In this document: positions 1 to 14,092 of the stretch, piece after piece
How the letters are laid out: each line of letters begins with the position of its first letter
How positions within the stretch are numbered: position 1 is the first letter of the stretch
Source: Octopus vulgaris
Taxonomy: Eukaryota
Assembly: GCA_951406725.2 (NCBI GenBank)
Contig: OX597815.1
Span: forward strand, 185,442,001-185,506,000
Reading direction: 5' to 3'
Length of the DNA: 64,000 nucleotides
The notes under the pieces: generated by a model
Seen by the model: the letters and a program-made list of their open reading frames with translations, nothing else
What the model was told of the DNA's origin: nothing
Database searches by the model: none
Made by a program: the position numbers and the translations under genes

Positions 1-1129
1 TACTATTACAAAGATGAGTTAGCTCATCGAATACTAACAACTGAAACTGTCCAGTGACTACAGGCTGGTATTTATCTATTGTAAGTATGCTCACCTGATA
101 TACAATAACTACAAATTTCCTTAGAAAGTAGGGCTTTTGAATTAGTTAAATGGAATGCGAGTATATCTGTAATTCTTTAAAGTATAGAGCTGGTTGTAAT
201 AACAAAAAGGGTAGATCTTGAATAGGAAAATGGCCAGCAATTAACCTAAACTTTTGTGAATGCTAAGACAGAGTTTTCATTTTAGTTATACGTATCTAAG
301 GGTAGAATGTGATAAAATGGAATTAAACTGGAAGATACAAAAAAAGGATACTACACTAATGACAAAGTGTTGGCCGATCATTTGATTACAAATGAAATAA
401 TTTAAAAAGAAAATCTACTGCAAACAGATAAAGAGATTATTATGGATGAAGTTTGCAAATGTATTCCATATAAGAATATAAATTTAAAAGAAATAGTTGC
501 GTCAGTAATTGTGAAACTATGCTTGTATGACTTTATTGTAAGTGGTAAGTGAATTAATTGCAAAAGCTGCACTGCTATCTCTTTCTCCAGTGACTAATTA
601 AAATAATAAAGACTGATAAATAATGCTTAACATTCAGAAAAGACTTGCTTTTTATATAAAATGTTTATTTTATGATGAAAATTCATCAGTAATTTCTATA
701 ATAATTTTTTTTAAACTAGAGGTAATTCTTAGGATATTTTGAAAACTGTAAAATGCTTATGTTTATGGAGATTATAGAATACATAACTTCACTTGAAATA
801 GCATTTTTTCTGAAGTGCTTAATATTTGAGATAGTGATAAGTTCATATAATTAGTACTGATTGACTAGTCTTAGGAAAGAACGTCTTTGAAAATTATATC
901 CTTTGATTCACTTCTGCCTTTTCCATCGTGGCTACATTGGTAAAGTTATTGAGATATGCTGTAAGAAAACAGTAAACGTTTCGTTAGTCGTGACAATGGA
1001 ACAAAATCAACGATCCAATCCATGAAAAATATTTGGCTATGCTCCGACTACTTTGGTAGCAAAATCTTTAAACACTCAATAAACGGAGTACAACAGTTGC
1101 AATACTTAGCTATGAATTGTAACGTGCAC

Positions 1130-1159
<30 letters not shown>

Positions 1160-1160
<1 letters not shown>

Positions 1161-1770
1161 CATGCAAAGTGTTCGTACGCCACTTTTCACTTCACTGTGT
1201 CCCTGTCCTTTTTTTCACGACCCCTCCTTAATTCTTCTGCCCCTCTGCTTCTGCTTCTACTTCTCTTCCCGTTAGACCGCCGGTCAACCTAGCCTGTTCT
1301 TTATTCCTTGGTCTGACCGCCGCCGTACAACATCGATATTCTTCTCTATGTTTGTGAAATTTTTGTATCTCTGACGTAAGGCTTCATTTCCATACGCGCC
1401 AGCTTAATTCAATTCGTCCTTAGTCGAAAGACACATGTTGTTATGTCCTGTTATTATCCTTATTGTGTTTTTTGTATTTATATTCGTGTAACATTGTCCG
1501 TTTTTCCGTCCTTGTTTCTGTATACATTCGCTGCTTTCTTCCAAGGAATTTAATGTTCTTAGCTTAGTTTTTCCTTGGGGCTGGCCAGATTGGAGCAATC
1601 TCAAGAATAATCAGCCGAAATTGCGAGGATAATCTGGTGCTTGACTGAGGATAGAGGGCTTCGAATGACCCGTCCTTGTTTTCTTTGTATCGTCTATCTG
1701 GATGTTTTGTTGTCCTTTTTTGTATCACCTAGCTGTCCGGATATGTTGCGTTCTTGTCCCATTTTGTGTA
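1160..1770 (+). mobile_element. Interspersed repeat flanked by (TA)n, possibly a Penelope-like pLTR derivative
   Basis: Pyrimidine-rich, CpG-containing block between TA microsatellites. Contains a degenerate CTGACG-taaggct...agtc-GAAA motif at ~1371-1429. Confidence 0.4.
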
Positions 1771-1795
1771 TATATAATATATATACATATATACA

Positions 1796-1845
<50 letters not shown>

Positions 1846-3377
1846 ATGTATTTATTCATACATAAAGTGAGAGGGGGAAGGAGAAAAAGAAATTAAATAT
1901 TTCTCAGCTGTTTGGCTTACAAATAACCTAAATATTATAAATATTGTGACTATAATAGATTATCTTTTATTTAGATCCATATTTAAGAGTTAAATAAGTA
2001 TTCTGTGACAGAATATTACGGATTAATAAAAAGGCAAAAATTTTATCTAACTTTTAAATAAAAGAACGTCATTTATGTTTCAACTAATTGACATTAGAAA
2101 ATAAGCAAAAAACCGTAGATGAACGGGTTTCTAAATATTTTCCACTTGGTCCATTTCATATTCTATCCACCAAAGCCTACAGTACCTGTATGAAATAAGT
2201 AGAATTAAAAGGTTCAGTACTTGGTCGGCTTGCAATTCATTATTCTTAGAAATCTCAGTTGCTAGTGAGGGAAAACTTCGCAGGTTCGGAAAAAATTAGT
2301 TTTTTGTTACATCTAGTACGTTTGTGTCGTATATCTTGTAACAGTACATCATAGAAGTTGCTGGGCATAAACGTCGTGTCTTTTTTTTTTTATTGTAGAA
2401 AAGTAAGAGCTTTCGCTTTCCTTAGGGGAGATCAAATTATACTTGTAACATATATTAGAGAATAAAATGTATGATGCGTTTAAATATGGCCTGGGAATAT
2501 TTATGTTTTAATGATCATCAATTATTACAGTAATCTTGTCATCACTGGATCAGAAAATTGTGTTAAATTGATGTTTACAAAACCATTTCATGAAAAGAAA
2601 AGAAATTAATATATGATATTCCCTCGATGAAAATACAGCACTGGACGATGGCTTAGAACATGTGAATTACGGTATTCAAATATATATACAAGAAATAAAT
2701 ACTGAAATAATTCAAGAGGGATAGGAGTGCAGTCTACTTCATATATCCGAGCTGAAACCAAAAGAATGGTGTAGACATCAATACGCTGCGGTCTATCGAG
2801 CTATTGTGTGATTATGTTATCGATTTTTACTACCCAAGGCATCTATTCTGGCAATATCACAGAGACATACATATCGCTTTAATTTGTTTTCTATTGATAT
2901 TTGTCGTGTGTACTGATCTGTAAAGGAAAAATTCTTTGATGTTTGCCGATCATATCTTTCACAATATGAACAAGACCAAAAAATTCTGGACATTTATCTT
3001 ATGATAGCGAACAGAAATATATAGTTATTCAACAAATAAATGAGTTTGTACAAATATATATAAGAATTTATTAATACGTTGTTTGTGAAAATAACTGTGC
3101 ATAAATTTAACTCAGAAATATCATCTTACTTTGTTATCCCCTAAACATCATTTTGATTATGGCGAAAGAATGAACTAGGTGATATTCCAATTTTCTCTAA
3201 ACCATTTAACCTGATCACAATCTCGTTATTCCTACATGGACACACTCACAAATAAATATATATATATATATATAAATATATATAGACCATATTTAAACGT
3301 ATCATATATTTTATTCTCTAATATGTTACAAGTATAATTTGATCTCCCCTAAGGAAATATATATATATATACATATG

Positions 3378-3414
<37 letters not shown>

Positions 3415-3418
<4 letters not shown>

Positions 3419-3590
3419 GCCATGATAGATCGTTAGCCACTACACACATTTTTTTCTCTCCTTGTTTTTTCTGTGTCCCTTTCTGTAGAAGAGCGTAGAC
3501 TCGAAACGTAAAAGACTTTACTAATACATCTGTTTGTTTTGTACACCACCTGTCTTCGCCTTTTGTTTTTTTTCGTAAATTCTCCCAACA
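3415..3590 (+). mobile_element. Non-autonomous Penelope-like repeat with variant minimal hammerhead motif
   Basis: cttt-CTGTAGA-a-gag/ctc-GAAA-CGTA-aaag at 3479-3514, inserted in (TA)n. A second partial copy lies at 3801-3885. Confidence 0.6.
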
Positions 3591-3624
3591 CACATACACA
3601 CATATATATATATATATATAGTAT

Positions 3625-3881
3625 GCGCAGGAGTGGCTGTGTGGTAAGTAGCTTGCTCACCAACCACATGGCTTGGGTTCAGTCCCACTACGTGGCGCCT
3701 TGGGAAAGTATCTTCTTATATAGCCTCGGGCTGACCAAAGCCTTGTGAGTGAATTTGATAGACGGAAACTGAAAGAAGCCCGTCGTATGTATATATATAT
3801 TTTTCACTTCCCGAACGTTATACTAATACATCTGTTTGTTGTCTTCACCACCTTCGTCTTTTGTCTTTTTGTGAATTCTCC

Positions 3882-3927
<46 letters not shown>

Positions 3928-4105
3928 CGTGTGTGTGTCTGTATTTGTCTCCCCAGCATTGCTTGACAACCGATGCTGGTGTGTTTATATTCCCGCGACT
4001 GATAGGGTAAGTACTAAGCTTACAAAGAATAAGTCCTGCGGTCGATTTGCTCTACTAAATGCCGTGCTCCAGCATGGCCGTAGTCAACTGACTGAAACAA
4101 AGAAA
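3625..4105 (+). mobile_element. tRNA-derived SINE, family A (interrupted by insertion 3801-3885)
   Basis: A-box gtggctgtgtgg, B-box-like ggttcagtcc, internal TA/TG microsatellite and actgaaacaa tail. Seven further copies in the window. Confidence 0.85.
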
Positions 4106-4112
4106 AAATTAA

Positions 4113-4157
<45 letters not shown>

Positions 4158-6149
4158 GTGTGTGTGTCGATAATACTTGGTATTCATTGATTACATAGAA
4201 ACGCTTCATCGGAAAGTAAACTGGTAATGCATCTTTTCGAACTTGAAACTCTTTCGATTCGATCCTGATCTAATTATGGAACAGGTATCTCTTATGATCA
4301 AAGAAATCCATCTTCTTGGAGTTGTGAATACAACTATGTCTCGAGTCTCACTATTGTTGCCTTGGGCAATACTTCCAAAGTCACGTCAATTTTCACTAAT
4401 TGCATTTATAGTAGACAGGTACCAAGAATTCAGCTTTTCCATCGTTTCCAGTCATTTCTTCAAGTTTAGTCATAATGTGAAGTGTGTGTGTGGGAGAAAG
4501 GGGGACAGAGAGAGAGAGAGAGAGGAATGATTTGAGTATAACAATATATCTCACATTAGATATTTCATGTGCGCGTTCTGTCATAATATTAGGTACTCTT
4601 TTCAATAACGAACGATTGTATAACGTTGATACTAGTAACTGTGTCAATACTTTTCAAAAAGTTATTTCTCTGAGAAAATGACTTTCCTTTCAGCTGATGC
4701 GCTGAATTTATCAAAGAAAGAAAAAAAACGCAATTTCGAACGCCGTTTTTTGATAACAAACAAAAATCTCTCTGATTGGAAACTTCTTTAGGATTAACGG
4801 CTGATATTTTTTTAAAGATTACATAAAAATGAACTGTGTTGTCTAGATTAGAATAAATGCTGCTTAACTCCATCGACTCGTTGAAAATTAAAGCGAAATG
4901 CTGCATAAAGTATTTATAATCATTACGTTTTTCTCGAATTTAACAGCTGTAGCTTTATACTATGAAAGAATAATAACCATTCCCATGGCTAATGGTTGCA
5001 GACTTCAGACGCAACCGCCACTTGATGGTACACACTGCTACAGCAGTATACTCCTGCTGCAGCCATACACCATGCCGTGGTTTCTTCCCGTCTTGTCCTT
5101 GATGTTATCACTCCGCTTTTGTCTTTGTGACTCGCGATCCCGTTTTCTGTTCGCTCATACCCTGAAGATATAGCCACGGATGTTTTAAGTTAAGATGGTG
5201 TGGCTAAAACATTTCAAATGTTTAGATGAGTTTATATATAGTTTAAAGTAATATTTTCCCAACAGTCAGTTACTGGTTCTAAATAACATGAACTTTGTTC
5301 CAATCTATGAAACTTGATTTTCAATCGTTTTACAAAATATAATTTAGGCTGAAAATGATCTTTTTTTTTTGTTTTTCTTTTTGTAGTTTAGTTTAATTTT
5401 TGTTGAATCACCATTTCCTTCAATTTTGTATAAGTCCGTAAAATCCAAGTGTATTTTCTGGTTTAAATAACATATTTCAAAATGATGTTTTAATACTTTG
5501 TCATCAGGTTTCATCATATACTCACCCTTCTTTTTCTTTATCACATATCAATTAATGTATGGAAATATATTTTTCAAAATCACAAATATTTTGAATTCAT
5601 TATTAAATTTTGAAAACGAAGCTAATTATAAATACACTTCCAATGAAGACAGTTCGAATAATTACTTTTAAACATTTACCGTTCAAATTGTCTTTCTTCT
5701 GAGAAAGCAAACTTCTCCAAAAAACGTGATTATCAGTGGCAACCTTCTTCTGTAATGTATCTTAGTGCTTCTTTTACAGACTTTGCAGGGTAACAATCAT
5801 TTGAAAATATTATTCTTAATTATTCGTTTGAGAAACAGAAGATGCTGTATTGTATCAAATGTGGTGAATGTAGCAACAGCAAAAGCGCTGATGTGCGATT
5901 ACGCTCTTATTGCGCAAGGATTATTGGCAGGCTGCGTTGACTTAGTAGAAACTTACGTTATTTCTCATATTAGCCATTCCTCGCTATCACATTTTAATTA
6001 GCTGTTAACCTTGAGTTATAAATGCTTTCTTTAGCTTTCTGCAGGAACAAAATAAAAGTTAATAGTACAAGAGTTTTATTTATCATTGACTGATATCATG
6101 AACTAAGAAAGAAGAAATGCTTCATTGCAGAAAGAAAAAGGTTCAATGG

Positions 6150-6192
6150 AATAAAAACAACACAGAATAGAATAAACAAGAGAAATTTTATT
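6150..6192 (-). terminator. Polyadenylation signal with downstream GU/U-rich element
   Basis: Minus strand gcAATAAAatttctcttgtttattctattctgtgttgttttt (AATAAA at 6192-6187). A second AATAAA at 6080-6075 is followed by a U-rich tract. Confidence 0.45.
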
Positions 6193-7184
6193 GCATTTAC
6201 AATGACAACCAGAACTTTGGAATAAGTTATTATCCAAGCATAACCATAGCATCATTACTGTCTCCACTTGAACACTCAACAGACTTTTTGCAAAAGTCGC
6301 TGATTATGAAAGATGTTACAATATTCCAGATATATTTAAGTTTGTACTGTTATTGCTTCTATTACTTTATAAAACGTTTTCACACCTCGTAAAACTCTGT
6401 ATTTTTCTAAACATAACGTCGATGTTGTCTAATTATGCCAACTTCGTTTTCTTCATTGCTAGCAAAATTCATTTTATTGTTGATGCTTACACGAATGCGA
6501 AACCGTCTGCAATTGCTTTAAAAAATAATCATGTATTGTTTTTATGTTCTATTTGAGAATATATTTTTTTAGATCATATTAATTAAATCAATATTGTAAC
6601 GCTTACAACTTACTGTTGACGTTTCTAGTTTAAGCAAAATGAACATTCCACCTGATCCGTATTTTTTAATTCTATTTGTTTCTTTAAAAATTACCGTTCC
6701 TGATATATGTATATATATATATATACGTAAGCATACATATTCATACATTTTATATATATATGCATTCATATTTCACATTTCACACACACACATAATATAT
6801 ATCTATATATATATATTATATACATGCACACTTCTCCAAATGTATACACTGGTATTGATAAATATGTGGTTCTTTTTCTGGAATAAATTGTAATTCTTCC
6901 ATGAGAGCATACTTTGTAGAATCTGTTGGAAGTGTCTAAAGAAATTTATTGCAGTCTTAGTTGATGCAATGGTTTATTGTTCAGAAAAAAGTTTAAACCA
7001 TTTTTGTTCTCCTTGCTTTTCACTTTCACACAAAAAGATTTGTATTAAAAAAAAAGATTATTGTTATCATTATTATTTATTTTAATTATGATTATGAATA
7101 TTATTAATAATACCTTTTTTCTTTTCTGTTGTTATTTTATTCACAGCACCTAATATGATAACAAAAAGTTGTATATATATATAC

Positions 7185-7243
<59 letters not shown>

Positions 7244-10200
7244 ATCAAGCTGAATAATCTCAGCTAAAAAGTCTACTACATAACAATTCCCTGTGGTTAA
7301 ACTGTACAAATAACAAGATAACAAGAAAAAAAAGAGCATACTATTAGATCAAGCATCTTCAGAATAGACAGGTTTACAGCCATCTTATCCATATACAAGA
7401 GATATAATATTTAACAAATGTATTGTCACTTTCAACTTTGTGTATGAGTTGATATTTGCAATGTATGTTTTTATAAAATTAAACCCCGTATTTAATTCCG
7501 TTCTTATTTGATTTTTATTTTTCATTATATTTATTTTTTCTTGAAGCTTTTGCATCATGCATTCCAAACAACACAGTAAGCTAGGAAGGAAGTTCTGTGA
7601 GAAAATTCAACAACAACAAACAAGAGTAATAATATTTTTTGTCTTTTTTTTTTATTATTCATGTGATGATAAACATTTGGATTATCTGTATATTTCTAAT
7701 AAAGGAATTTTGAAGACAGCTTTTTTTCTGAATGTCTTTTATTCCATATTATGTTGCATAATATCCTAATTTTTTCAGTTTCATCTTGCGTTTTTTTTTC
7801 ACAATCTTCATATCACAAATAACATGAATTATAACCAACAGACCCTAACGTCTGTTTACAAACAAACCTAACGTAATTGCATATTTTGATCTACATATAT
7901 TGCGTGTTGTATTATCGTTATTAGTAACTACAAAAATTCATTATTTATTAATCATCATCATCATTCTCATCATTATTATTATTATCATAATCATCATCTT
8001 TATTATTATCAAAATAATTGCAGATATGTATAGAAATCGTTTCAGAATTAGGAGCATATTATTTTCTTTGCATTTCTTTGAAAACCATCTCCACCCAATA
8101 TTTTGCATCTTTCATCTCAAATATGTTGTTTTTAAAGATGTTGGTAGTGATTAAAACCATATGAAGTGATGTGATTAGCATACAAGCACAATACCAAGAC
8201 GAAACGGTATTCAACTTCGTAGATATGATTTAAATGAGAAATGGATTGAAATATTCCGTGTATATCTTTCCAAACTTCTTATTTCAGGAAATAATATTTT
8301 CCAAAGGAAATAAGATAGATTTCTGTTTAATTATAATGATGAATACCTGAATTTCTGACTTCATATAATAAAGACACTAAAGACAAATTGAAATTTTATA
8401 TATGTATATATATATATATATTGATATACATGTATGTGAGTATATATATACGCATACATATGTATATGAATATATATGTATATATATATATATTTATATA
8501 GTACATACACATACTACACACACGCGCGCACACACATATATATATATATACACTACACATACATATACATACATATATGTATGTATATGTATTTGTATAT
8601 ATAAAGCCTAGACATCCTTTCATTCATTTTGCTGCCTAAATACTGTGTTCATAGCTGAGTATCTAAAAAATGCCCTTAGCTACTTGATGACTGAACCATT
8701 ATTATACTCAAGACACACCAGATTGAAAAGAACTGGCACTGACAACAATCAATTTCGTATTTTCTTTAACTATATTTTTATTGATTTATTTGTTTGCATT
8801 TTTGTTGTGATTTTTTTTTTTTGCACACATTATGGAAAAAATTATTTTGAAGACATCCGTGAAAATGACTTTAATAACAAAGTTTTTTACTACATGTTTT
8901 AATATTTTTCTCTTTTGAAAGAAAAATTCATGTAAGATAGATAAATTTCTGTAAAGTTTAAAGACACATCAGATTTAACCACAAAAAAAAAAACAATTTT
9001 TATAAAATGGTGGTTTCCCAGCATTGTCTCAGCTAATAAGCTGAAACCAGTATGAGAACACAATACAATAAAGGGGTAAAGATTTAAAAGTGGGATTATT
9101 ATATTTCATTACATTTAACTTTACACTTCAGTTAAAAAACACTATTTCATTTTCTTATGTTCATTTTATTCAAATCTGCTTCTACTAGTTTTACATGCCT
9201 GTAACTTAGTTATATATTCAATAAAATTTTGCTGCTCTTACCACCATTGAAAAATTAATAAGAAATCAAAATTGGATTTATCTGTTTTCATATACATATG
9301 TATATATACACATATATATATATACATATGTATTTTATTTATTTTGCCTGTATAGTTAAGGCACTGGCTTTCAAAGCCAGGTTTTGTGAGATCTAATTCC
9401 TTCAGGAAGTATCTTCCTTAATTTTGTCCGGAATTAAGTTTGGATAACCTGTTGGATAAAAGCTCAAGAATGAACCTTCACCTTTTTTTTCTGGTGAATA
9501 TTTAAGACAGAGAATAACAAAAGACAATATAGACGATGCAGAATTCTCAACTATAATCTGATGAGAAAAGTCAAATTTGAAATAAAAAAAGTGTGTATAG
9601 ATTTTTGTTTATGTGCGCATATGTACCAAATCAGTAAAAAAAATAATAATAAACAACATAATATTCAAATGTTGCGTTATACTTCCACCAAATTAGGTTG
9701 TTCAATAATAACTATATCGTATCTACTTCTAGAATTACAGTCTGCTGGTAATAGTATTAATATTTATATCTATTTAAACTGAGAACTCCTTTTGATTAAT
9801 TTATATGGATAAACTTTATATTCTGACATAATGCTTGAATTTTTTATAGATGTTTCTAATAACAGAAGCTGTCATAAGGAGTAGAGAAGTTACAATCTCT
9901 ATGAGGTTAAGTTTTATCATGCCTCTCTTAAAAGCCAACAGCAGTGTTTCTTACCATACTTATGAAATATGCATTTGTCTAAACAATTCATTTTTTCACC
10001 GGCCTATATTCCGTTTCTTTGATTTTGTTTATTCTTTGTTCCTTTTAAGTATAGTTTGCCATAGAACGAATAAATAGCAATCATGTATATAACCGCAAAA
10101 TCTCTGCGATATGAGATAATAACGATAATAATAATAACAATGATTAATTATTATTTCTTTATTTGCCAATAATCATTAATTTTAGCAATGACTAGTGTTT

Positions 10201-13141
10201 TGGAAGTATGTAATATAAATAAGGATACTGAAACAATGTCATAAAAAATTAATCATACGTCATAGTGTAATTATTATTACAGTATTAGATGCGCATCAGA
10301 GGGACTCTACATTATATATAGTGTATGTGTGTGTGTGTATTTATGTGTATGTATGTATGCTTATATCTGCTTTTGCAAGAGTTTTTGTATTTAGATTCCA
10401 CTATGATCATGATATTGAATATGCATTAAAATCGTCAAGCCCTGGTGGTAACTTGATAAATAAATTATATAAGTATTTGATCACTGATGCTGTTCCTACG
10501 ATTTTTTTTTTTTACTTTGATTTAAAATAAAACCTTACAAAATATCAGATAAATCAGTGAAATTTATATTTTCTGAAAAAAGAATTTATTGGCATCGGTA
10601 TGTGTAAACGTAACTGATTCATTGAGCTGCATGTTTTAAAAACTTGTCAAAAAATGACAATAAAAAAATTCTGATTTTAAAAAAAAAAGAAACCGTGTAC
10701 AATAATTTTAGCAATATTTTTATTTGTTTGAAATGCATTTTTTTATTTCATTATTTTTGTATTACTCTTAATTAAATAAACGTATGTATGTAGATGTAGG
10801 ACACTTTGGAAAAGCCAAAATACAATTATGTAGCTTTTTTGTATTAATCCAACAAAAATAAAACAGACAAAAGTCAGCATTTCACATGGAAAAGAGCCCT
10901 GGTTAATAACTTGTTTATATTCTTTAATACTTAAATAAATTGTAGATTGCATTCAATTCCTTTGAAGACGTCTACACTATATCAGAATTTGAAATAATGT
11001 TGGGGAAACGTTTGAAATTAGTACATTATATAACTGAAAAATCAGGGTAATTTAACTTCCAAAAGTAGACCCTTTCAATATAACTATATTATACCCGACA
11101 TATTTGATACTTTAATTAATACACAGAAGTCTTCGAACGTAATTCATAAACTCCATATATATATAGTATGAATTGTAACACCTCAAATATAACCAATGTG
11201 TTATTCTTGATGATATCAACAAATATCTATGGATTTACGTAATTCTTATTTGAGAATCTGAAAATATTATCCTTAAACTTTTTTTAAATGCTACAGATAT
11301 TACCAAATTTTCTTTCTAATTTTTGCTGACTTTGATATACAAAATTAATTACTTTTACCGTAACATGATAAATCAGACATGACACATAATGAACTAAAAA
11401 TTATAACCAGTTTCTGTGTTTGTAATTAATACTGCTTTTCATCATTACATTTGATATTTCTAAAAAGGCTATGGATTTGGGCAATTTAATATCAAATGAA
11501 ATGCATATGGATGTATAAGTTTCATATATATACATATCACATATGTATAAATTTACATAACATGTATATTATATATACAGTCACAGGATAATTGAAAAAG
11601 AATAAACAAAATCTAATTTGATAGTGAACCAGGAAGTAAGAGGATGTAAATTTGTTTTAAAACAAAAACAAGTATCAAAAATCAAAAAGAAAAACAAATA
11701 TAAATATTTTTTCATTATTTTTGTTATTTTTTTTTTTTCACTGAATTTTATACTCACTTTCAGGAAATTGTTTTAAATTTGTTTTCCATTGACTCATATT
11801 TATTTTGCATAATTAATTCTGGTCTCTATATATACACGTTTTGGTATGAAAGCAATCGAAAGAATTGGAAAACTTCATAACCTCTTCATGTCATGTTTCC
11901 CAACTAGAATCTCACTTGAAATGAAATACCAGAAATATTCTCTTATCCTGCTTTTTTTATATCTTATAATATTTAAGAACATATAGCTTTTTTGTAATTT
12001 TCATATTTCAAAGAAGTCTATTTATAGAATTAAGTATGTATTAATCTATCCGTTTTTCTATTCACCTAAAAAAAACCTTTCCTTTTTCTATTTTTGCTTA
12101 TTTATATTCTTTGAAATTAATACTCCCAAGAATATACCTATATATTTAGAACACACAAATTCTTCCAGGAATTGTTGCTGTTTTAATATATCCTATTATG
12201 AACATTTAATTGGGTCTTTTTTTATATTACCTTTATTTTTTTCATTATTTTTTTTCTTTGAACTCACAGTAGATGATTAAAAAAACAATTTATCCAACGA
12301 AATACTCATTTTAAAAAAAAGTATTTTTTAAATAATTTTTAACATATATATATATTTCATTATAAAAAAAAACGACACTTGCATACACACACACATACCC
12401 ACAAAAACAGATGTAATTTAATCATTTGAAACTACAGTACCTTTTTTATTTATTTATTTATTTCATATTTATATATGGACTTTAATAGTGAATGTTAAAT
12501 TTGCTTACTTTTTTAAACAAATCAAACATTCTTTGGATACATTGAACATATTCATTTCAGTACAATTTATCCATTAATTGTAGATTTTAAGCTTAGACTG
12601 TCTTAAAATCTCCTAAAGTCCCCTCATTCAATTTTATCGATCCATTGAGATTTTTTCAAAGGATGATTTAATGTTTATTAATGTTGTAATTACTTTTCTT
12701 GCTTTTATGCATTTACAATTGAATAAAAACCCGAACAAGAGTAAGGTAAAAAAAGTGTAAAAAGTAATTACAACTAAATTTTGCTAAAGGTAAAGATATG
12801 TAGTTTTCATTTGTTAAATAGGAAGACAAAACAAACAAAATGGGAGGAATTAAACATATGAGTGAAACAATAAGATGCATTTTTGACTCTGATCTCATGT
12901 ACGCACAAAAAGAAAATGAAATAAGAAAAAAGAATAAAATTTACTGATCTGATATTGTTTAATACAATGAATATGAGATTAAAATTGCTTTTTTTTATTG
13001 AAACCATAAATATATATACACAAAATGTTACACATACATATGCACATACATATACACACATACACAAATACATATTTATATAGACACAAATATGTATACA
13101 TAGTATGGAAAGACATACATATGTGCAATATGTATGTAAGT

Positions 13142-13204
<63 letters not shown>

Positions 13205-14055
13205 CATACATTATATATATACATATATATATTCAAATATTACATTTCATGGTTAGACTACACGTATAAATTTGTTTTTGCATCAGAATATTAATTAATC
13301 ACATACAAATACTTTGATATATATATATATATATATATATTATCGTGTTAGAAAACAGATCTAATGGCTTGTATCCATTAGATCGCTCTGCTTTCTAACT
13401 CGATAATAATGTTTGATATTTTACGATATTTTGTATAATATATTCATTGAAGAAATAGCTCTTCAAAATATATATTAAACCAGTGTATCTTGGATAAATA
13501 TCCCTATAGGAGGTTTAAATATCCTCATTGTGACTATATATATATTTTGCATGTGTTCAATTATTCTATATTCTAAAATGAAACTCACAAACTTATACAA
13601 ATATTCTACACATAAAATGTTTAATATTTTGATGTCAATGAACTCCATTGCCTACTTAAATCTGTATATGTAGATACATTGTATGTGTGTATGTGAGAGA
13701 AACACTTATTCAGAGATGCAAAGATGACTCTTATACTTTAAGATATTACTAAACCATTGTCATAACAGTCTGTACTTTTTTTTCTTTAATAGTTAATTAT
13801 ATATGCCGCTGTAGTACGAAGTGTTATTAACAAGGTGGTATCAAAAGTCATCTTTATGAATCTGTGGATAAATGTTCAGCAGGCTGCTGTGTTATTCACT
13901 TTTATTATTGTGTTAATTTGTTAACGTTATTCAAGTTATTGTCATCTTGAAACAATTATTTAAAATATAAGAATTCATTACAAAGATATGTCTGAATAAA
14001 ATAATATCTTTCAAAAGTATCAGCTATTTCCTTTCTACAGTTAATGAGAGAGAAG

Positions 14056-14092
<37 letters not shown>

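Noticed and set aside
4200-4470. 95-aa ORF at 4243-4530 or a possible transposase remnant
   Set aside because: No recognisable motif in any frame.
9345-9410. tRNA-like relic with stem-loop ctggc-TTTCAAA-gccag (apparent UCA, Sec/opal anticodon)
   Set aside because: No acceptor stem, a degenerate B-box and no long variable arm; best explained as a decayed SINE head.
8639-12827. miRNA seed matches on the minus strand (miR-124 at 9357-9364, miR-8/200 at 8639 and 11427, miR-7 at 12821)
   Set aside because: A few 7-8mers are expected by chance in 9 kb; they need conservation data.
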